Shown here piece after piece: positions 27,801-39,909 of a stretch of DNA of 64,000 nucleotides (its first letter is position 1; each line of letters starts with the position of its first letter). Source of the DNA: Auanema rhodensis (taxonomy: Eukaryota > Animalia > Nematoda); NCBI GenBank assembly GCA_964057225.1, contig OZ059896.1, positions 14,632,001 to 14,696,000 on the forward strand, in the 5' to 3' direction. A program made the translations under genes and the position numbers. The notes under the pieces were generated by a model that made no database searches, had not been told where the DNA came from, and saw only the letters and a list, made by a program, of their open reading frames with translations.

Positions 27801-30800
27801 TGAAAGCAGATAATGACTTTTAGTTGACAACTAAATTTATTTCTCTCAAACGTCAGTACTTTCACTGTTGTCGTCAGAACCACATTCTACCTAATTTTCG
27901 AAAGATTATTGTTGTTCGTTGTTATGTAAATCTGGAATTGACCAGATTGTTTACATATTGTCTGATGGTTCAGGAAAGGATAAAAAAAATTTTTTTTCAA
28001 AGAATTAACATCTAATCCACCTATTTACGCGGAAACAGCAAGTATCAAAGAAATTGCAAATGAAAAAATAAAAAAATGAAGACACATAATGAAAAGCATC
28101 GTCGAATTGTTGCACTCATGTCTCGCCAGCAGTCATTATACAAACTTTCTACATGTTCAATAGTTGAAATTATGAATTATTATGATGTATCAAATTCATT
28201 GTTCATTGTTGAATTATGCTTGTTGCGGATATTAAATCATTTGACGGTGAGCTTAGTATGTGCGAATATGGGAAAGTGTATATATGTGAGTTCAATCTCA
28301 AAAGTATTCAAAAGCAAATTGACATAGATAGTTTAAGATGTATGAGAATAAGTTAGAATTGAAGAGCAAAAGACTATTTTCATTTTAACATTCAGAATAG
28401 AATGGAAAAAATATATATTATAACTAACATGCAGAGAGAGAGAGAGATAGATAGATAGATAGAGAGAGAGAGGGATATATATAGAGGTAGAAAGGGAGAG
28501 AGAGAAGGAGAGAAAAATATTTGACAGAGACACAGAGAATTGAAGGGGAAACCGCAAGATATGGAGGGAAATATATTATATACATGCGTATATGCACATA
28601 TATGGAACGAAAGTAGGAGATATAGTGAAGGTGGAAACTTTCAAGAAAAAAAAGAAGAATTTTTTTAGCTCCTTAATGATTTAGTTGGAGCTGTATATCA
28701 ATAAGTTAAGCATAATATTCCAAAAAATATTTTGTGATCAAACTAAAAAAAAATTAAAATAGAAAAAAAGTAAAATCTAGGAGCAATGTAAAAAACGGGT
28801 ACAGAAAGCTTAAAGAGAAAAGCCTACTGAAAACTCCTAATTGAATAAATAATAAATAAGAGAGAATAAAGAAAAATATATATGAGTGGGAGAGAGGAGA
28901 CGAGAAAATCAGAAAAAAAAACTGGTTAGTCTCTTAACTTGGCAATAATAGAATATTGAAAACAGATAATGATGCTACTAGTCATAGTTTTTATTAAAAA
29001 ATAAGCTTATTGCTTATATAAATGGCGTAAATTTTAAAAACAAAGCACCATTCCCAATCCAGGCAAATGCATCGTTACCATCATTAAAGGAAAAAACCAG
29101 GGTGGGGAAGCTGTAGCGGAATGAGATGGCGGTGTACATCGGTGAGAGTGTATAAGTGAGAATGAGTAAAGCAACGAAAAAAAGGCTAATACTAGATGCT
29201 TCACATGATCCAAATCCACATAGCTCAGTGAGATTCGCAAGGCATCATGAGATGGCAAAGAGAGAGAAAAAAGTAGCTAATAAACTACTTTTTAACTAAT
29301 AGGTCTTTGAGAGGCGGGCAATCTATCCAAGTTAAAGGAAGTATTATGCTGTCTAAGCACCCAAATAAAAACAGCCACAAAAGAGGAATACGAAAAGGTA
29401 AAATAGCTTTTAGCAATATGTGAAACAAACGTTTTATGACGAATTGTACAAGCCCCCCAAGCATAAATACTCATAATTTTCATGATTCAAAAAAATGATT
29501 GGAGCAAAAAAAGGTTTCAACAGCAAGTGAGTTACACCTATCCTAATGAATACACTCAACATCTCTATAAATCTCAACCCAAAAAAAAGCAATCAGCGTG
29601 TTATGAGATATTCTAATATCTTAATCGAATAATAATGAGACTGAGATGCCACCTTACTCCAAAGAACGTAAAACCACTTTGGTGGCCGCTTAAACCACAG
29701 AGCATGGTGAATAGATTTATATACATGTATGTGTGACTATGTTTGGGCGGTTTTTCGTTGAATAGCCGGATGGCATCATTGCCCAGAGTTGTATTGATCC
29801 AAAGCCATTTATTAGATGACACCCATTTAAAGGCAAGAGCCCGAAAGCGACTGAGATAGTGGTAGGTTCATATTCTGACAGAGAAATGAACAAGAAAACA
29901 GACAGAAAACGGAAATCATGACGACAGCAGCAGCAATTATGAGATCTAAAAGGACGATGGAAAGGCTTGGCTAAATATGAGGAAAGCTGAGATGTTGTCT
30001 TTTCATTTCAAGCAGACGTTTATCATCGCATGCCGCATTTTTGTCAGAGAATGTATTTGCTTTCACTAGTCTGTTGTTTTGTACACTTTTTACCTCTTTC
30101 TACACTTATTCTCTACTGATATATTGACATACCTAATAAAAAAGAAATACTAAATTACAGGGAATGAGCTAACTCAAAATCCACAATTATTGAAAATAAC
30201 TGTTAAAAAAGTTAAAGTCCCAAAGTTAAAGTTCAACAAGGAATTCATACCAATTTTGCAGCTAGGGTCCTGTAGATATCAAGCCATTTTCACATCCTTC
30301 AGTCTTCCACGGAATCTGTGAGAATTCCAAGGATCCAATTACGTTAGCACCTCACTCTTTTTCTATCGCATCTACACAACTACTACAACAAATTTATTTT
30401 TTCAATCCACAGCAAATAATTTTTAGAATTTTGAAAAAAATAATCTTACTAGTTATTTATGACGATACATGAACCATATACAACCGCATTGCATTGCAAA
30501 AAAATAAGAATCACGCAGTTTCCACGTTCATCTTTACGCTCCATGCTTATTCATTTAACATAAGTGACACCATTCTTAAAAACTTTCAAAAACATAGCAA
30601 ATTAATTTTTTAATAGAGATTCTGAAATGCCTGATAAGAGTTATAGTTGATAATCAAACAAACTCCTTACATCATAGAACAACGAAGTTTTTGTTGAATC
30701 GCAAACTTTTCAAGTTTGAGCAAAACATAACATGTTCCCGATATATTATAAATATGAAAATCTAGAGATGTTATGCTACCTTCCATATATCTACAATATT

Positions 30801-30924
30801 GCGACCATTCTCATCAATCATAATGATTTTTTCGAGCTTGATAATTATATAAGATAATGATCAATCGATCAGGTAGTCTCCAAAAAGAAGCCCATACAGT
30901 GATAACACATTACAGGTGTTGAGC

Positions 30925-31773
30925 ATGCATCTACAAACTCAGTATTTAGCTACTTTTTCTACACTTTTTCTTTTAGTCTCATCTTATGACGGTATATAGC
31001 ATCATATAATATTTTTTTGTATATTTATTCATGCAGTCACTCAAGTTGGATTATGTGATCTTACCACTCTACCTACAACATGGCTCCTCACGTCAGCTAT
31101 AGGAATCCCCAACTGGGGAACTGCTGGGATTCCCTTAGGAGGAAATAACTTCTGTCTTTCTGTAATAAATAATAAATAATAACCAATACTTCGAATGTTA
31201 AATGTTACATTTAGGGTAACACAACAGCAGAAACAGTTAAAGTAGCATATCATGTAGCAACCAGCAGTTTAATAAATAGGAGAGTGCAAAGTACAAAATC
31301 TATCATGGATACTAATAATAGTAAGTATAAACGATAATTAAACTTTATAATTTGTTACTTCAGAAAACAATGGATGCATATTGAAAGATCCTAGAATTCA
31401 ATACTGTATACCATTCTGTGACGATGAAAAGCAAAAGCAGGTACGAATACTCACAAAATAATAAGACCTCTCAATTCATTTTAGGCGATCTACAGTGCTC
31501 TACTCTCAAGTGATCCTGTTGAAGTTGCTACAGACCTGAGCAAGCATTTATACAATAATCAAACTGCAGTGACAGTTCTAAACGTAAGCCAGAAACAAAA
31601 CAATGCGTGTTAATTAAGTTTTATCTATTAAGGTAGACTACAACAACCCAGAAACCCATTTGAATATTTCAAGCTTCTTAGATCCTGCCTGGTGCTCTGT
31701 ATACATCGGAATCAATCCTAACCAGGGCACTCCATATCTGTTTGAGATCCAAGTAGCAAGAATAATCACATGA
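30925..31773 (+). CDS. Uncharacterised secreted protein, 204 aa, 6 exons (possible divergent Ground-like fold in C-terminal half)
   Basis: Exons 30925-30991, 31037-31161, 31215-31320, 31364-31440, 31485-31583 and 31633-31773 total 615 nt, are joined by five 43-53 nt GT-AG introns, and stay in frame. Signal peptide MHLQTQYLATFSTLFLLVSS; 6 Cys; ttacag acceptor 9 nt upstream of the ATG. The fold assignment is only a by-eye inference. Confidence 0.8.
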
Positions 31774-32028
31774 ATATAAGAATTCAACTACCATGTATTA
31801 TGTAAGATTCGGAAGTTAGTATGATTCATAAATGTTGCAATTGAGATGAAAACTAAATGGGGGATAACGGGCTGTAAATATTCATAGTAAAGAACAATAG
31901 TACAGGTGAGCAGAAACAAAAGACAGATAAAAGAATATACATATGTAACATCTATTCTATTGAAAAACAACAGAGCTCTCTACACAGAAAAAAAAAGGTT
32001 ATTAATAAAGTTAAGAATAATATAAAGC

Positions 32029-32038
32029 ATGAAACATG
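32029..32038 (-). promoter_or_regulatory. Candidate FBF-binding element CAUGUUUCAU in PUF gene 3' UTR
   Basis: Matches CnUGUDHHAU on the sense strand, ~195 nt after the PUF stop codon. UTR extent is unknown. Confidence 0.35.
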
Positions 32039-32231
32039 CAAAGAGCAACTACAGAAGATTAGTTATGCAGTTATTCACTAAACTCTTCCAAAGAGAACAG
32101 AATTATTAATGTGACAGGAAGAAAAACTAAGCTCTACAAGTACTCAGTTAGAAAATATTCACACTGTAGGCATACAACACGAAATGCATATTAGAACTAA
32201 AAAAAACATGAAAACCCATTATTAGTCAAAC

Positions 32232-34263
32232 TTAACGATAGGACTGAGGAATGGGGACAGAGCGGTGAGTTGCCTCTCTCTTACTAGAGTAAGAGTTTGG
32301 GCTCTTGTCCAAAGTTTCGAGAATCTTCTTACCAGAAGAATATCTGAGTACAAATTGTTGACTAAGAGAACATGCGTTTTCACTAACCTCATTAAACGTT
32401 GACGGTTGTTGTTGATACGCTGCTCAAGTTTAGCAAACCAATTCATACGAAGCTCCATATCACGCATTTCTTTTCCTTGGCTGTAAATTACCCTGGTGAC
32501 GGTACAAATTTGTGAACAAACCTCTTATCACGAGCAGCTTGAACACAAATACTAAGCATACGCTGGACAACATAGTTGCCATATTGGTGAAAGAGCATAA
32601 TATCGAGAGCATCCTTTCGAGTTTCACTTAAAAAAAAGTTATGACAGTTTCAAAAATAGAACATACGGATGAGGAATGTAACCATCAAAGATCTCGTCCA
32701 TCATATCTTTCAGAAGATGAGGTGGAGCATGCTCCAATGCTTTCTCGACAACGTGAGAAGCATACTTTTCTTGAGACATAGAGAGAAGATTGCGACTGTA
32801 ACGTATGAACGGTTTAAATTTTGGAGAAAAACAACTTACAGAAGACACTTCTCAATGATTTCATCACGGTAGTGGGGTAAATCTTTGATTATATGCTGGA
32901 TAACATAGTTAGCAAACTCATTTTGAGAAAGATTTTCACAATTCATAATAAGATGCGTCATTAATCCAGAAAGAAGATCATGGGCAACTACATCATCTTT
33001 GCTCTAAATATAAAAAAAAAAATTTTGTAATTTAAAAGGCTCGCTACCTTCTTAGACAGTTGCTCAATCGACAGTTGAACCACGCGGCAACCATACTTAT
33101 TCTTAGCAACAGCAAAAAGATGCTCACACTCATTGATAAAGTGCTCAATAATGAATGCCCAAAAATTCAACGGGAAAGCGTGCATGATCTAAAAATCAAA
33201 GAAATTAAAATTCATCAAGGAAAAAAACTGTCACACCTTTTGAATCACATGATTAGCATTTTGATCAACAGCGAGAGCAACCAGATCTCTTGTATGGAGC
33301 TCGTCGAGCAAAACAGCTTTACGATCGAGGCTCAATTTCTCAATAGCAGTCTGTACAACTCTGCACGAATAGCGATTCAAGCAGAGATCATACATATTGG
33401 TCATTAAAAGACCGCTGATGAGGAATTCTTCATCATCAGTAGAATTTTTTATGATACATTGAATGAAGAAGTTTCCAAAAACGTCTGAGCACAGAAGCTG
33501 AAACCATGTTGTAAGAACAAGTATAAATTGAGAAAAAATTTAATAACTTACTCGGAACAAATCTGGTTTCTTAAGAACGGCATCAACAACCTTAGCACGT
33601 GCAGGAGTTCCTTTATGAGGATAATTTTCTTGAAGATGACTTAAATTGATTGAATTTAATCTATAAAAAATAAAAATACTTACGTGCAACCTTGCTTGTC
33701 ACGAGCACAATTTTCAATTTGTTCGTTATCCAGGATAGCTTCAAAAGATAAAACTATCTGTCCATTATCCATTATTGGAAGTCCACCCTTCGCGGGCTTG
33801 GCCTCACTGTAGACGGAACTATTCCCATCAACACTCTCATCCATATTAAGACGAGAAAACTGAGATCCCAATTCAGAAGGTGAATCTGAGTACAAAAAAA
33901 TTTAAACCATGACATTAATAAATCTTACTAATTCTCTGCACTTGATATCTATTATGCTCATATCTGTGAGCACATCTTGGCATACCTTGAAAATGCATGC
34001 CATCATAATGGTCAACGCACTTGCTATCAAAAGGTACAACAGAGATAGGACTCATTTCACCTAAAATTTTGATTATTTTTACATTCTACAATAAGAAGCT
34101 TACCAGAGTGGCTCTTAGACGAAGAGTTGCTCGAATCTGAGCAGTTTAATTTAGGATCATACAGAGGACTATCATATGCCAAATGACCAGCTGCTGAGCC
34201 GTAAGTATAGGAAACATCATTGTAATGTCGTACACCATTATTATACAGAGAAAAACAAGCCAT
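32232..34263 (-). CDS. PUF (Pumilio/FBF) RNA-binding protein of the FBF-like nematode clade, 11 exons
   Basis: Eight PUF repeats after splicing: DKQGCTHLQ, DVFGNFFIQ, NRYSCRVVQ, DQNANHVIQ, NKYGCRVVQ, NEFANYVIQ, EKYASHVVE, HQYGNYVVQ. R7-R8 loop EIFDGYIPHPETRKDALDIMLF and terminal RYSSGKKILETL closely resemble C. elegans FBF. Start taken at MACFSLY (34263); stop TAA at 32232. Confidence 0.93.
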
Positions 34264-34522
34264 CTTTATTACGTAGAAGTTGATCTGACAACCGTCACAA
34301 TGGTACAAGAACTGAAATCATTCTATTGATAGAAACCATTTATAAAATAATGAATAATATATGCATACTCTCCAAAAAGCTTCAAAATATTAAAAATTCA
34401 AATTCTAGCAAATTTACAATTACTCAAATTTTGGAAACAAAAGCGGAAGCTAAAATCCTATTTAGGCCCGAAATGCCGGCTACCAGTAAAAACTGTAATA
34501 CGTAAACTAAATGAGTAAATGG

Positions 34523-34530
34523 GCGCCAAA
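34523..34530 (-). promoter_or_regulatory. E2F/DP-type site TTTGGCGC upstream of PUF gene
   Basis: Consensus TTTSSCGC match ~260 bp upstream of the ATG in AT-rich DNA. Confidence 0.4.
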
Positions 34531-35354
34531 ATTGCTATAGGCAGATCAAACTCTGGAATACAGCCAATTGTAAAGATATTATGATTACGGTATATATCAT
34601 GATTACAATAATTTATGATCTGTTTATTAACAGTCATCATTATAGATGCCAAGTAATTGCTGTATTGCGTAAGATTTCGGGCTTATTTCATATTGGTAAA
34701 TAGTAGTACTAATCAATTAAACTCATGTAATCAATAACTTTTATACAATCGAACAAAATGAAAAAAGTTCAATTCAATATTAATAAATTGAAATAGGTGA
34801 ATTTTATGTTTGACGACTTCTTAGTCGAGGAGAGAAGTATAAACGTGCATCTACTTCACTAACACGTGTAATTAGCATGTGATGTTGACTGCATCACGTG
34901 AACAGCTCATTTCATTTCCGTCAAATATGCTAAATGGTTGTATTCAAATTATAATTTCAGTCGATATCTTGAGCATTACCAACTTCAAGTTTCTACTTAT
35001 ATCACGAGGTTAAAAATTTCTAATTAACGTTTTGATTTAATCTAAGACGTGTTTATTCCTTTAATCATTGAAATCTTATTTTGTTTTAACATAGACAACA
35101 GAAGATTGTGAATCGAATCAAATAGAGAATATCTCATAGAACTTATGCTGGATACACATGTACAATAAACATAAAGCATATTAGAGGTGATCATCACCAA
35201 GCTGAGAAGTAGATTTATTTGGGAGATATTAATAAGGTTTGAGATTTGTTTTAATTCTTACTAGAAGAGAAAAGAAACTAATATTTTGACATTTCATAAT
35301 CAAAAACATTAAACGACAATTAGAATTGAAATAATTGTTTTTTTCATCTTGACC

Positions 35355-37130
35355 TTATTTGCATGTATGAACTTGCACATCGTCTACACATTCTTTACAT
35401 TTTACTTCACAACACCAAACAAATTTGCATTGGCATTGTTTTTTCCGTTTTTCCATTCGTGTGTCATAGCCTCTTCCACAGCATAAATGATCGCAACTTT
35501 CAGTAGTGTAGGACGACTGTTTACATTCCCGTCCTGTTGTTCCAAGTATGCCTGAAATGACTTCTTTGTAGAATTCAAAGATAAAGCTATCCTCATTGAA
35601 TGCATACATAGGAAGAAATAATCAAAAATACGCACCTAGCGTTTCATTTCTTTCACAGTAACTTGGTGATCGCTGAACATAGGCCATCTCATTACCACGA
35701 AGAGGTGTCTGTCGTTCACTGCGCTCCTTTCTTCTCAGTCGTTTCTTTGCTCGTTTAGTGACCTTTAATGGATTATTGAGAAAACGTTGACATATTTCAA
35801 ATGTCTGCATTTTTTTCATTTTAAAACATTGTTGTTAGTGCTCGGCAAAATTATACGAGAGAAGTGCAAGTGCTTAATTACATCCATCTCAACCTGAACA
35901 GCAAAGTGATCGTATCTCTTCTTCAGCATGATGGCCACTTCACTAAACTTGGGCATTTGCAGCCAGCATGTCCTGAACTCGCAAGATCCTGATACACCAT
36001 GACATCGACACTGTTTTTTCACATTTTGAGCAATTGCCTTAAGCCAAATAAGTTATTTTTTTATTAATGACTTGAATACAATTACCTCACGTCCAACGAA
36101 GTGATTATGATTATAAACCAGATGACTGACGTTCTTTTCTTTCTCAAACTGGGCTGTTTCCCATTCATCTAGGAACCTAAATTCGGCATTCAATACAGAA
36201 AAGCTGTTATTATCAATACTTTTTAGCAAATTTGACGCCATATGGAACATTATCACTGCAACCTCCCCATGAAAAGTGATCTTGTCCCCCTATAACAGGA
36301 TCATCCTGCAAATCAGTCAGAAAGTGTTTTCGTTAAAAATTCTTTGAAATTTTGAACAGTTCAAGAGAGGATTAATTGAAAACATATTTAGACTAAAATT
36401 TCGAAAGAGAATTGCTTACTGTCTCTAGATATCGTTGTTGAGCTGGCTTTGTATGACAACCACATTCTGTCATATTGCCTGAGTTGCAACCTTTAGTAAT
36501 AGCATGAACGATACTAGCAGAAGCTACAGCTGTTAGAAATGCAGATTCCTTTGATGCTTGAATATCATTAGAATAAGTTAAATGTTTGGTTATTTAGTAT
36601 CTTACTTGATCTTAATGTCCGTCCTAGTATATCTTGAAAGCCGCCATGACTTAAAGAAATCTCTCGTAATTCCGAACAATTCCATCTGAATTTAATTGTT
36701 TAAAAAATAACGTTTCGAAAACATTAACAAATAAATTAAAATATTTACGAGAGAGAGACCTTTCATATTTGAACTGTTCCTGGCACTCATATAAGGCTTC
36801 TCGGATCCCTTTGGCTACAAAGGGCATACTGAAAGGATGCTGAAAATAAAGATACAAACTAAACTATTATGTTTTGATAAACCTGCTGGCATGCTGCTTT
36901 TTGAAGTGGATTTAATCCAATTAATCTATTACAAAGATCATCATAATATCTTTTATCATATTGTCCAGTAGTGATAAGTGGTGGACTGTATTCTGTGCTT
37001 AAAGTGGCCAGTGATCTGAATATATAAAAGCTCAATGTGATACGTGAATTTAAGTGAAAACTAACAGCCAATTATAGGGAATTTCTGATTGAACAAGAGC
37101 AATACTACACAAAAATATAATGACCAGCAT
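35355..37130 (-). CDS. egl-20: Wnt ligand EGL-20, 10 exons
   Basis: Signal peptide MLVIIFLCSIALVQS; ECQEQFKYERWNCS; SKESAFLTAV; WGGCSDN; lipidation motif CRCHGVSGSC; EGL-20-specific RLRRKERSERQTPLRGNEMAYVQRSPSYCE; C-terminal CCGRGY..CQCKFVWCCEVKC..VHTCK*. Confidence 0.95.
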
Positions 37131-37860
37131 TCTGTAATAGCAACGTTTAAAATGTTTCAATATTATAGATAGAATGAAAAGAGATATGATTCAAAATGCT
37201 TTAGAATTTGTTAAAAGACAAAGAAAAAAAGGCAATTTTCGGGAAAATAAATGATGCAAAACAGAAGAAGCAATATTGGAGGGATATGCTTGTGTTATGG
37301 AGAGGATTACGATAGGACACGCTATGAAATGAGTCACAGTGCAGGCAGTGTGGTTGGATTAAACAAGGATAAGACAAAAGATTTGTGATGATGTGTGAGG
37401 AAGGTTTGAATGATTGAAGAAAAAAAAGGTAAAAGTGATATTGATACCTTAGATGGAGATGAAAGAAATAAAGCTTTCAAACATAAAATCGATAGGTTTG
37501 TAGAAAAGAACGTGAATGGGACAGGGGACAGACCATTTGCGTTTATGGCCATTACGCCTTGTATGTAGACGTGTGTATGGATGGATGTACATATGTATGT
37601 GTGTGCCCTTCAAATACCAAAAGAGGAAAAGAAATGGAGGAAGAGGACGAGCTAAGAGATAGAAGAAGGAAAAGAAGAGAACGAAAGGGGTAAAAGAACA
37701 GACATGGAATTGTAAACGATAGTTTGGACTCTGTAATATCTGTACCTGTATATAAGAAATCCGGTAATTTACAGCAATTTGCTTATATCATATAAAAAGA
37801 ATGGGAACATGGAGAGAGAGTATTATGACAAGAGTGTGTGGTTGAGTAAGGGAGAAAAAC

Positions 37861-37925
<65 letters not shown>
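37861..37925. repeat. (AG)n microsatellite upstream of egl-20
   Basis: Near-pure AG run. Confidence 0.93.
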
Positions 37926-39909
37926 AAAAGTATATGAAGAAGATAGCTAGATATGAATAAAGAAGAGCTTTCACAGTTATCTGGTCAACAGGTGGGATGT
38001 CTCTATGAGCCATTTTGATCTCTCACCCAGAATAATGTAGGCTAGGATGAGGTTATAGGGACCCATAAAGTAGTTGTTTGATGCAATCGGATGTGTTACA
38101 AGCGGTTAGCTGAAAAGGAGAGAAAGTAGCACATATCTGCGTATTCACATATTAACTGAAAGAAATAAAAAAACGTGACGGATGATATGAAGAAAGAATT
38201 AAATTCCTATGATAAATATGTTTTCATGAAGAAAAAAGGGAGAAACATGTCGATAGGAACCATACAAGGACCGCCTCTCAAAACAGAGCTGAGTCAGAGT
38301 TTTGCTGGTTTGGTTATAAGAAAAGAATCTTCAGAGAAGATAGATGGTGAATATATGGGGTGAGGCATTGACAAAGCCAATTTAATGTATAATTTAACAA
38401 TTCATCAAGAGTTTGTTTTTAAGCGACTAGATTGAAATGTGTGAAAATGTTGTTTATTATGAGATGCCGAGTGTCCTGTAGCCTTATTTCAGTATTTACC
38501 GAGAAAGGAAACCGATGCAGAGTAGGGGGAATAGGGAGCGAATGCCACTGGTTGACATTTCAAGTTCTTTGAGCAAGCTTTTGAAACAAAAAAATCATTG
38601 GACTTGACATAAGATTTGAAGAAATAGGTCTGAGCTAGTCAGACAGATGGATATTGAGCTTGGACTAGGAGGAGCAGATGCCTGTTAGACAAGCCGCTTG
38701 GCTTCGGTGGCCTCGGATTTATGTGAATTTTATGGAGAAACGGCGCTGTTTTGAGGCACATTAATCGAAGAGAGACTGCTAACAGTAGGATAAGAAAGAT
38801 GAAGTTACAGAAGCAATATTTGAGAAGACTGATTGATTTCTAAAAATAAAGCAAACTTTGAAATGCGTGTCAAGTTCTTTCTCGATTTCGTTCCAAAAAA
38901 AGTTGCTTGTGTAAGATCGATGTTCAAAAGGTATTCTGTGAACTTTGACGTATATTTGAGTGTTTAAACATTCTTCACAAAATATTCTGCGTTACCTATT
39001 TTACTTAAAACATGTATTTAGACCTTCTGATATAGAATTACTGTATATTACAGTATACATTCGAAGTGAACTGTAGCTTAAAAAATAAAAAGTTTTCTAT
39101 TAATCTCAATAGAAATTGGCACACATGTTTTGAAACTGCGAGTATCTGCGGCTGTGGTTTCATCAACAACTGAATTTGCGACCACGTGAAGACAGACAAG
39201 AGAAACGACGACGATCAGGTTGGGACCGGATACAATTCAAATTTATGAGTTGTAACGAATCGAATTTTGAAATGAGGACAACGAAGAAAAACATATTCTT
39301 CAAAAATATGTTAAACTTAAGGTTTTAGAAGAAAAAAAATAAAAAAGGAAAATAATTCGAAATTATAGAAATGTCTTTCTCAATATCCCTCTGGCTCAAC
39401 TGTTTCAATTTTTGCATAGCTTCAAATTTGCTTCCAAGGCTTTGCTAGAATTTCAAAAGCATTTACTAATATAATATAATGCTACTCTTAACATTAAACA
39501 AACAAATATTATGTTTACCTGTTTATTTAGCTAAAAATATCAAAAGTCAACTTGATAAACTTTCAATATGAAAGAGAAATTTCAGAAATTCTACTAAAGA
39601 ACGGTTGCAGTCAACTTTTTTTCCGATGTGTTCCTCTAAAATTCGCATCTGCTTTTCCATATGGACGTTTTATCCCAGTATTCTCTCTTCAAATACAAAC
39701 TATTTCATCATATGTATGTCTGAACTCTCTTATCCGAAATGTCTAAGCTTAAGTTTGATGTATTAGACTATTCGTCTGAATTCTAAATCTCATAAAAATA
39801 CGTAACTCACTAGAGTGCTTTGAGATTATACTCGAAAATTTCTTTATTTACTTCACTTTATTACATCTTTATTAAAATAAAATATAAATGTATTTGTTAA
39901 TTTAAGGTA

